Sequence record: MN342150
Length of the DNA stretch: 64,000 nt
Origin: Escherichia phage vB_EcoM_3HA11
Strand: one strand, 5' to 3'
Shown: in pieces, positions 57,053-64,000 of the stretch
How positions within the stretch are numbered: the stretch's first letter is position 1
Layout: the number at the start of each line of letters is the position of its first letter
The notes under the pieces: model-generated
What the model saw: only the letters and a program-made list of their open reading frames with translations
The model's database searches: none
Told to the model about the DNA's origin: nothing
Program-made: the position numbers and the translations under genes

Positions 57053-57129
57053 TATTCACGTCAGTCCGCGCTGTTCCAGCGTTCCGTTGTCTAACACAGA
57101 AGTGTTAACCAACTTTTCAATAAAAAGTG

Positions 57130-57158
57130 GTTTACATCTTCTAAAAAGGCAGTATATT
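57130..57158 (+). promoter_or_regulatory. early sigma70-type promoter (GTTTAC-N17-TATATT)
   Basis: T4-early consensus -35 GTTTAC; about 70 nt upstream of the 57226 ATG. Confidence 0.5.
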
Positions 57159-57225
57159 AATGTTCCAGACGCACAGTTGAACATTAAACTGCCAAAGAAG
57201 GTTACTACACAAAAGGGTTTTTATT

Positions 57226-58185
57226 ATGTCCTATATTCTTCATATCGAGTCCGGCCTGAAATTTGAAATTGATGGTAAAACCGCTGCTGATCTTCAAGCA
57301 GAAATCAAAGGTGCAGACCTTATCATCGGCAACGTCACGTTACGCCGTATGATGGAAGGCGTCCTCCAGTCAGCCAACGGCTTTGAACTCATTGAAGGTC
57401 TGAGCCAGGAAGAGAAAGAAGAGACTCTCGAAGCTCTTGACCGCGCTGAAGCCGAAAAAGTTAAACCGACCGAAGATGCGGGGGTTAAACAGGGCGACGG
57501 TGAATCAAATCCGGTGATTGACGCTGAAGAAACGGTTGGGCAACCTGCCGGTGATCAAAATTCCCAGACCGTCGAAGACGGTTCTCTTGAAGTCAACAAA
57601 GACGGTTCCATTTCCCTGGTAGTTGAAGGCGAAGAAGTTCTTGACGAAGAAGCGCAAGCCCGTGCTGAAGAAGTTCGCCGTCGTATGCTGGGCACAACCG
57701 TTGCTGAAGCAATCGCCGACGTTGAAAATCCGAAGGATGATCAGGCTTTAGCGAACGCGAAGGCGGTTCTGGCCAAGAAATCTTCTGAAATGCGTCCTGC
57801 GTCTTCTACTGAAGAACGCAAGCGTCGTCATAACAAACGTGAAGAAATGGTTGACGCCGCTCGTGCTTCTAACTATGGTCCAATCCTGGCGGCGGTTGAA
57901 GCAGGGGTTACTCCTGAAGTATATTTGAGTTATGTGAACCCTGATATGCGCTGGTTCCAGTTCCCTGTCACTGAATTGGCAGACGAAGCCAATCCGCATG
58001 CCCGCACCAACACCTATGTTGATCTGGCACCTATCGTTTCCGGCGGCTGGGGTTTCAGTCTGTATGTGAATGGTAAGTCATTCACCAAGCGTCAGAAAAT
58101 CAAAGAAACTGACGCTGAATCTCTGGTAAAGGCTATCAACGAATGGTTGCCTCAGGCGTTGGCCGAAGCGAAAGCTGCTGCGTAA
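57226..58185 (+). CDS. acidic hypothetical protein (319 aa)
   Basis: Glu/Asp-rich central region; no domain assigned. Confidence 0.5.
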   Translation: MSYILHIESGLKFEIDGKTAADLQAEIKGADLIIGNVTLRRMMEGVLQSANGFELIEGLSQEEKEETLEALDRAEAEKVKPTEDAGVKQGDGESNPVIDAEETVGQPAGDQNSQTVEDGSLEVNKDGSISLVVEGEEVLDEEAQARAEEVRRRMLGTTVAEAIADVENPKDDQALANAKAVLAKKSSEMRPASSTEERKRRHNKREEMVDAARASNYGPILAAVEAGVTPEVYLSYVNPDMRWFQFPVTELADEANPHARTNTYVDLAPIVSGGWGFSLYVNGKSFTKRQKIKETDAESLVKAINEWLPQALAEAKAAA

Positions 58186-58257
58186 TTTAACTCAGAAGCA
58201 TTCAATAGATGAAGGGGTTGCTATAATAGCAGCTCCTTTTGTTTATTGGAGCATGTC

Positions 58258-58920
58258 ATGTCTTATTCGCTCAAAGGGCTGTTGAAGCGCCCTGTGCATT
58301 TGTTTGTCAAACCACCTGCTGTAGAAGGGGAATATTCGGCACGAGGAGAGTTGTATTACATTAAAGGCTCCAATGGTAGTGGTAAGTCTACTGTGCCCTC
58401 TTATTTGGCGGAGAATGATCCTCAGGCGTATGTCGTAACCCATAACAGTAAGATCATGCTCACGGTTTGTCCATCTTACAATATTGTCTGTGTCGGTAAA
58501 TATGACAAGTCTAAGTCCAAAGGGGTTGATTCTCTGAAGGATACTGAGCAGATGTTGTTCGCGTTGTCTATTTCTGACCAACCAGAATACCTGAAATATG
58601 ATGTGATTTTCGAAGGCATCATTCCGTCTACATTATTGAGTTCTTGGATCCCCCGCCTGACACGCCCACCACGTGAATTGGTCGTCCTCTTTATGGATAC
58701 CCCTCTTGAAACCTGTATTGCCCGTGTTAAATCGCGTAACGGTGGCGCAGACTTCAATGAAAGTCTGGTGGTCGAGAAGTGGGAGCGCGTTCACAACCAT
58801 CGGGGGCGGCATAAAGAGTTGTTCCCTACCGTGTGTGCGGGTATGATGAAGTCTCACGGTCTAACTGTAGACCAAGCTGTAATGGCGTTCCTCCTCCGTG
58901 ACTTTGGGAGCATTGACTAA
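58258..58920 (+). CDS. P-loop kinase (AAA_33/polynucleotide-kinase-like); candidate DNA or nucleotide kinase
   Basis: ATG 58258 with SD GGAG (track start 58246 is TTG). Walker A GSNGSGKST, Walker B-like VIFEGI, lid-like ARVKSRNGG. Confidence 0.6.
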   Translation: MSYSLKGLLKRPVHLFVKPPAVEGEYSARGELYYIKGSNGSGKSTVPSYLAENDPQAYVVTHNSKIMLTVCPSYNIVCVGKYDKSKSKGVDSLKDTEQMLFALSISDQPEYLKYDVIFEGIIPSTLLSSWIPRLTRPPRELVVLFMDTPLETCIARVKSRNGGADFNESLVVEKWERVHNHRGRHKELFPTVCAGMMKSHGLTVDQAVMAFLLRDFGSID

Positions 58921-59966
58921 TGGAAATTAAAGCTATCAATAACAACGACATGCTGAAACAGGCTGTCTTGGCTATCCGTGAATACGGGATTGAATCTGAT
59001 CCTGGCAACGCGGAGATCAACACTGACGGCACCCGCTTTCTTGATGGTGTGACTATCACCGTCAGTGATATCCGTGACCGCTGGTTATCCGTTGAAGGTC
59101 GCAACTCATCGGCCATCGCAGCTATCGGTGAGACTTTCTGGGTGCTGGCTGGGCGCAATGACCTGAAGTTCCTGTCACGTGTCCTGCCCCGCGCTGCCAA
59201 CTTCTCCGACGATGGCCTAACATGGCGAGCCGCTTATGGGCCGCGCCTGTACGCCCATGGTCAGTTACAGAGCGTCATCAACCGTCTCCGCAAAAACATC
59301 AACACCCGTCAGGCGTATCTCACCATCTATGATCCGTCTCTGGACTCTGATGTTGGTCTGGCCAAGCACAACGGCTCAAACGAAGCGAAGACCAAAGACA
59401 TGGTGTGTAACCTGGCTCTGTTATTTGCTGTCGTTGAAGGTCGTCTGAACCTGACGGTCATCAACCGCTCACAAGATGTCCTGTGGGGTATGAGTTCAAT
59501 CAACTTCATTGAGTTCTCTATCCTTCAGGAAGTGATCGCGCAGGTGCTGGATGTAGACGTCGGCCAGTACAAGCTGTTCTCTAACAATCTTCATTACTAC
59601 AACAATGAAGTCAGCCAGAAGCAGCTGGGTAAGATCACGAAGGACACCAAAGTAGAAGCTGGGTTCATCAACTCCATGATTCACTTCACGAACGTGACCA
59701 ACCAGAACCATATCCGCAATCTGTTCACTGGTGTGCTTCATCACTGTGATATCGGTAGCCCGTGGGAAACTGTGGTCGCCCACCTGAAGGAGTACGATGC
59801 TGATCGCGGCCTGATCGTACAGATGGCATACTGCCTGTACTGCAAGCTGAACGACAAGCTCATCAACATGAACCTGATTCAGGATCATGGCCTGAACATT
59901 GCACTCACTCACTCTCCGGTTGACCGCAAGATCGTTGATCCAAAGTTCCTGGAAGGTGCGTTATGA
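58920..59966 (+). CDS. thymidylate-synthase-family deoxypyrimidine hydroxymethylase (dUMP- or dCMP-hydroxymethylase-like)
   Basis: TS-fold core C-N-x18-RSQD-VLWG (catalytic Cys, RSxD 19 residues later, conserved Gly). Cys is followed by Asn not His; the base-specificity position after the Gly is I/N, not the Asp of T4 dCMP hydroxymethylase. 348 aa. Confidence 0.6.
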   Translation: MEIKAINNNDMLKQAVLAIREYGIESDPGNAEINTDGTRFLDGVTITVSDIRDRWLSVEGRNSSAIAAIGETFWVLAGRNDLKFLSRVLPRAANFSDDGLTWRAAYGPRLYAHGQLQSVINRLRKNINTRQAYLTIYDPSLDSDVGLAKHNGSNEAKTKDMVCNLALLFAVVEGRLNLTVINRSQDVLWGMSSINFIEFSILQEVIAQVLDVDVGQYKLFSNNLHYYNNEVSQKQLGKITKDTKVEAGFINSMIHFTNVTNQNHIRNLFTGVLHHCDIGSPWETVVAHLKEYDADRGLIVQMAYCLYCKLNDKLINMNLIQDHGLNIALTHSPVDRKIVDPKFLEGAL

Positions 59967-60532
59967 TGTATCCAAACCTTGAATTCTTTACGGGGCGTAA
60001 GCGCTCCGGCAAGGACTTCTGTTTGGAGTCCCTGATCAGCTACCACCATCTACAGGGAGACAAGGACATTCAACGCCTGTCTTTCTCGGATGAGCTGCGC
60101 CGTGTTGCCAACTACATCTACCCGTGGCTGCCTGAGGAGGTGGAGGATGCTGTGAAGGACGTTTCATTCATACACCCCGATAACCCCAAGGGCTTAACTC
60201 CACGGCAGATCTGGCTTCATCTCGGCAGCGATACGGGCTTGCGTTACGTACAGCCTGATCTGTTCCTGGCGTTCTTCAAGCGCTTCCAGCTTCCTCTGGT
60301 AGAGCAGAACCCTCACGTCCATTATATCGTGAGCGACCTGCGCACCCCCCAGGAATATGAATGGGCGCTGAGTACGAAATGTCCTATCACCCGCATTTCA
60401 AAGGCCGACCGCGCTGGTATCATAGAGGACGATATAGAGGCTTTCATTGATAAGATGGAAGTTGATTATGAATTTGTCAATCCGTTTGAAGGTTGGCAAC
60501 CGTTCGTCAAATTTTATAGGGATCGGAAATGA
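59963..60532 (+). CDS. deoxynucleoside monophosphate kinase (T4 gp1-like)
   Basis: N-terminal P-loop FTGRKRSGKD matches T4 gp1 (LSGVKRSGKD); ATGA overlap with the upstream gene. Confidence 0.65.
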   Translation: MMYPNLEFFTGRKRSGKDFCLESLISYHHLQGDKDIQRLSFSDELRRVANYIYPWLPEEVEDAVKDVSFIHPDNPKGLTPRQIWLHLGSDTGLRYVQPDLFLAFFKRFQLPLVEQNPHVHYIVSDLRTPQEYEWALSTKCPITRISKADRAGIIEDDIEAFIDKMEVDYEFVNPFEGWQPFVKFYRDRK

Positions 60533-61077
60533 TCACAACAGAGCATATTAAAAGTCTGCTCGAACTTCAAAAGGCCACCAACGTGGCCTATTTTGGGGAA
60601 GAGTGGAAGAATGTATGGAGTCAGAACGCGATCATCAACTCCATCTATCGCGAGTGGGCGGAGTTCCTTGACGAAACCACCCGCGACTGGAAGGTCTATG
60701 GTAACGACATCGGGTTTCACCATGCGAACGCAGTCTATGAACTGGTGGACGTGGTTCACTTCATGCTGTGTTTCATCCTCGTCGATCGCACCAAAGGAGA
60801 GATTGAAGAAGAAATGGAGAATCTTGGCCGACGGCTCGTCCCAGGGACGAGTTCAGTAGGGCATCGCAATGTTACGTATCGCCTTGGGCAGTTCATGAAC
60901 GATCCTTGCGTCGAGACTCTCATGGTCTTCCTATCGACTGTGTGTTCTTACATGGAGATCGACATTGAGACCTACATGCTGGCACACAAGCGCAAAAACG
61001 ATCGCAATCGGCTGCGTGCTGCTGGCGGCGCGAATTACGATAAGTCCGCAGAAACCCCTCTGACCCTGGAGTTCTAA
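60529..61077 (+). CDS. MazG-like dNTP pyrophosphatase (gp56 dCTPase/dUTPase-like)
   Basis: All-alpha protein with acidic helix motifs (REWAEFLDE, ELVDVVHFML); positioned in the nucleotide-metabolism block. Confidence 0.45.
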   Translation: MITTEHIKSLLELQKATNVAYFGEEWKNVWSQNAIINSIYREWAEFLDETTRDWKVYGNDIGFHHANAVYELVDVVHFMLCFILVDRTKGEIEEEMENLGRRLVPGTSSVGHRNVTYRLGQFMNDPCVETLMVFLSTVCSYMEIDIETYMLAHKRKNDRNRLRAAGGANYDKSAETPLTLEF

Positions 61078-61607
61078 TGTTTACAGTTGTCGTATCATAT
61101 TATGCGGAACATGCCCCGCAAATGGCAGAGAACTTTGCTGAGTTTATTAAACCTGGCAGACATGTCGTTATCGCGACCAAATTCAACAAAGAACCAGATG
61201 GTGCGGCTACTGTAACGCAACATATTACAACTCCAGAGCCGGAAACCCTTTTCAAACGTATTGAAGATTTTGCTTTTGGCGGGGAAGAAATTCCAGAGTC
61301 ATTACAGCATATCTATTTTGAAGATGCGATATATTATGTTCATGCTATTCCAAAGGATGTTACAACTGAACAAATGATGTATATCCTGAATATCGCATTG
61401 AATGTTTCTTGTGTCAACAGGGCACAGCACAATCGTCTGCGTAATATGTATTTAACAGAACGCGGGGGTTCCGAAATTAACGATGAAAAACTCCCGTCAA
61501 TAATGGCGATTCACGAAGCAATCAATATATTGTCCAAGAAAGTCTTGGGCACCGATTTATTAATTACGATCAACAAGCAAGAGGAAACGAAATGGCCGAT
61601 TCATTGA
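61077..61607 (+). CDS. hypothetical protein (176 aa)
   Basis: ORF; no recognisable domain. Confidence 0.45.
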   Translation: MFTVVVSYYAEHAPQMAENFAEFIKPGRHVVIATKFNKEPDGAATVTQHITTPEPETLFKRIEDFAFGGEEIPESLQHIYFEDAIYYVHAIPKDVTTEQMMYILNIALNVSCVNRAQHNRLRNMYLTERGGSEINDEKLPSIMAIHEAINILSKKVLGTDLLITINKQEETKWPIH

Positions 61608-62677
61608 TGGCTCGCATGCTCAAGACAGCAAAGAAACTGGACCCGAATGCCGAAGTGCTGTCAAAGACCGATGCGCTGAAGCCTGACATTATTTGCAGTA
61701 CGGGTATTCCTATTCTGAATTTGGCCTGGTCCGGTCGTATTGATGGTGGTCTGATATCAGGCATCAAACAGTTGGTGGGGGATTCTCGTACATTCAAAAC
61801 CATGTTTGGGCTGGTAGATGTTAAGGCTTACATGGATAAGTTTCCTGATGCAATTTGTATCTTCGCGGATTCCGAAGGCGGTGCGAATGAAAACTACTGG
61901 ACATCTATGGGTATTGACATGGACCGTGTCTTGTATCTGCCGATTGAAAACGTTGAAAAGACGAAGATCAAGCTGACACAGCTTCTGAATGATGCTCAGA
62001 AAGGTGACAAGATCATCGTATTCATCGACTCAATCAGCCAGTTGCCGTCTACCAAAGAAGTTGATGATGCTATCGCGGGCAAAGACACACAAGATATGAC
62101 TCGCGCTCGCGCTCTCAATAGTTTTTGGCGTGTTATCACTCCGTTGGTCACTGAAAAGAAATTCGTTTTGGTATGGATCAACTCGTACTATGATGAAATC
62201 GGGAACCAATACGCCGAGCCGAACATCAAAGGCGGTAAACAGGGGTTCCTGTCTTCTAACCAATTGTGGTTCATCACGCGTTCTCAAGTAAAAGAAGACA
62301 AAGACCTTTTGGGATGGCAGTTTACAGTCAACATCATGAAAGGTCGCTTTGTCCGTGAAAAATCCAAGTTCCCTGTCACTGTGTTGTATGAAGGCGGTAT
62401 TGACCGTTGGTCCGGTATGTTAGAAATTGCGCGCATGCTGGGGTATGTGGATTTGGTGAGTGGTTCTTGGTATCAACGTACTGCCAAAGGCGGGTTTGAT
62501 CCAGAAAAAGAAAAGAAATATCGTAAGGCAGAGCTGGGGGATGACTTCTGGTATCCGTTGCTGGAAAACCCAGACTTTGTTGACGATGTGAACAACATGT
62601 TCGGTATCTCTCAGAGTTCGGTTATGCCTGCAGATATGCTGGAGCGCCTCGATAATGTCATCAAAACAACCGAGTAA
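61592..62677 (+). CDS. uvsX: UvsX recombinase (RecA/Rad51 family)
   Basis: Near-colinear with T4 UvsX: GIPILNLAWSGRIDGGL, VFIDSISQL, DMTRARALNSFWRVITP, LLGWQFTVNIMKGRFVREKSKF, GGIDRWSGMLEIARMLGYV. Confidence 0.9.
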   Translation: MADSLMARMLKTAKKLDPNAEVLSKTDALKPDIICSTGIPILNLAWSGRIDGGLISGIKQLVGDSRTFKTMFGLVDVKAYMDKFPDAICIFADSEGGANENYWTSMGIDMDRVLYLPIENVEKTKIKLTQLLNDAQKGDKIIVFIDSISQLPSTKEVDDAIAGKDTQDMTRARALNSFWRVITPLVTEKKFVLVWINSYYDEIGNQYAEPNIKGGKQGFLSSNQLWFITRSQVKEDKDLLGWQFTVNIMKGRFVREKSKFPVTVLYEGGIDRWSGMLEIARMLGYVDLVSGSWYQRTAKGGFDPEKEKKYRKAELGDDFWYPLLENPDFVDDVNNMFGISQSSVMPADMLERLDNVIKTTE

Positions 62678-62984
62678 TATTGCAGGGGGAGGAGACTCCC
62701 CCGTTAATTACAAAATCATCGACCCTGGTTCTGATCAGTTAGCTATTATCGAAATAACGGAAGGCAAGTTCCGCGGTGTTCAATTTCGTATAGGAAAAGT
62801 GGGTGTCCATGTAGACAATGGAGAACCTCGGTTATCCTTTACGACGGATATATTGAAGAAACCATGGCGTTTGTTATTTGTTAATTTGAAAGAAAATGAC
62901 TTGTTCACTGTGGTGTCTGGGGATATCTTAGTTGATCTGATACAGCAAAATGCTCAGGATTACAACAAAATTTTGGTGGGGTAG
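62655..62984 (+). CDS. hypothetical protein (109 aa) between uvsX and gene 41
   Basis: Occupies the position of gene 40 in T4; homology not established. Confidence 0.4.
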   Translation: MSSKQPSNIAGGGDSPVNYKIIDPGSDQLAIIEITEGKFRGVQFRIGKVGVHVDNGEPRLSFTTDILKKPWRLLFVNLKENDLFTVVSGDILVDLIQQNAQDYNKILVG

Positions 62985-62990
62985 TTGCCA

Positions 62991-64000
62991 ATGTTACTCG
63001 AATCTGTCGTGCTTTCCCAATTAATCTACAATGAAGAATATCAAAGAAAGATCCAGCCGTATTTGAAAGCCGATTATTTCGATAACGAAGGCGAGAAGAT
63101 TATATTTGGTCTTATAGACCATTACACTTGCGAATATAATGCTCGTCCTTCGGTTGAAGCGCTGTCTATTATGCTGGAAAAGACTTCGCTCAATGAACAC
63201 GTATTTGATCAGGCCATTTCTGCTCTTGAAAATATTAATGACAATACTTTTCATCAGGACTGGTTAGTAAAAGAAACAGAAAGTTGGGCGCGTCAGAAAG
63301 CTGTTCATAACGCAATTAGACAAGCCGTTAACATATACGGCGATGAGAAACGCAAAGATGAGATGAACAACATCCCTACTTTGCTGCAAGAAGCCCTGGC
63401 GATTCAGTTTGATTCATATCTCGGTCACATCTATTGGGAAATGGCTGAGCAACAATACGACCACATGAACTCTAATGAAGCGAAGATCCCTTTCGCCGTA
63501 GAGATATTCAACAAAGCAACTCGTGGTGGTGTTGGCAAGAAGACATTGAACATCGTTACAGGCGCAATCAACGCAGGTAAGACAACAACTCTGATTGATT
63601 TGGCTGCTGGTTATGCCGAGCAGGGGTTGAATGTGTTCGTATTCACCCTCGAAGTGGCCGAGAACGTCTGGCGACACCGCCTTGATGCCCGTATGATGCG
63701 CAGGGACTTCGAGTCCTTAGAGAAGCTCTCACGGCACGAGTATATTGCCACCATACAAAAACTGAGAACCCGTCAAGACGGTTCCATGAAGGGTGATATT
63801 GTTATCAAGGAATATCCTTCGGGCGCGGGGCATACAGGTTTGTATCGTCGTGATATTCTTGATTATGCGACTGTAACAGGAATTACACCCGATGTCATCA
63901 TTATTGACTACTTGGGGGAATCTGCGTCTTCTCGCCTTCCCGCTCACTTGATGCAAAACACCAACGTGTATTATACATCCGTGGCGCGAGAATTCCGTGC
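62991..64000 (+). CDS. 41: replicative DNA helicase gp41 (DnaB-like), partial; continues beyond the window
   Basis: Not in the ORF track (no stop in window). N-terminus MLLESVVLSQLIYNEEYQRKIQPYL parallels T4 gp41 (MVEIILSHLIFDQAYFSKVWPYM); Walker A GAINAGKTT. Confidence 0.8.
   Translation, partial: MLLESVVLSQLIYNEEYQRKIQPYLKADYFDNEGEKIIFGLIDHYTCEYNARPSVEALSIMLEKTSLNEHVFDQAISALENINDNTFHQDWLVKETESWARQKAVHNAIRQAVNIYGDEKRKDEMNNIPTLLQEALAIQFDSYLGHIYWEMAEQQYDHMNSNEAKIPFAVEIFNKATRGGVGKKTLNIVTGAINAGKTTTLIDLAAGYAEQGLNVFVFTLEVAENVWRHRLDARMMRRDFESLEKLSRHEYIATIQKLRTRQDGSMKGDIVIKEYPSGAGHTGLYRRDILDYATVTGITPDVIIIDYLGESASSRLPAHLMQNTNVYYTSVAREFR

Noticed and set aside
58920-59966. Bona fide thymidylate synthase (td)
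   Set aside because: The catalytic Cys is followed by Asn rather than the near-invariant His, and the protein is about 60 residues longer than ThyA; a hydroxymethylase is more likely.
1-64000. tRNA genes, rRNA genes, CRISPR arrays, integrase or transposase
   Set aside because: No T-arm-like GGTTCGAATCC-type signatures in intergenic regions, no repeat-spacer arrays, no recombinase motifs recognised; this was a visual scan only, so a tRNA scan could still find something.

Overview
This window reads as a 64 kb segment of a T4-related myovirus genome, almost entirely protein-coding and mostly on the + strand, with short intergenic gaps and frequent overlapping stop/start codons (ATGA, TAATG). 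All calls come from reading the six-frame translations against remembered family motifs; no database search was run. Recognisable T4-type core genes include sliding clamp gp45, clamp loader gp44/gp62, RegA, UvsW, UvsX, a UvsY-like protein, partial helicase gp41, primase gp61, SSB gp32, Rad50/Mre11-like gp46/gp47, late sigma gp55, class I ribonucleotide reductase NrdAB plus a redoxin, PhoH, an endolysin, and baseplate proteins gp5 and gp25. Gene order differs from T4: DNA polymerase gp43 does not follow regA, and gene 47 precedes gene 46. The most interesting candidates are: (1) a nucleotide-metabolism block (P-loop kinase, thymidylate-synthase-family hydroxymethylase lacking both the TS His and the dCMP-hydroxymethylase Asp, dNMP kinase, MazG-like pyrophosphatase) that may indicate a hydroxymethyl-pyrimidine DNA hypermodification pathway; (2) a cluster of four genes sharing a T4-like capsid-targeting N-terminus (MK-F-DFL-EA), i.e. 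an internal-protein locus including a 795-aa candidate injected effector; (3) a 514-bp perfect tandem duplication that frameshifts gene 47; (4) a vWA-domain protein, a 673-aa conserved protein and an ACP-like protein lacking the phosphopantetheine serine; and (5) stem-loop plus early-promoter cassettes with a conserved 5' leader motif in front of unrelated small genes. No rRNA, tRNA or CRISPR array was seen. Coordinates of regulatory elements are approximate (about +/-2 nt).
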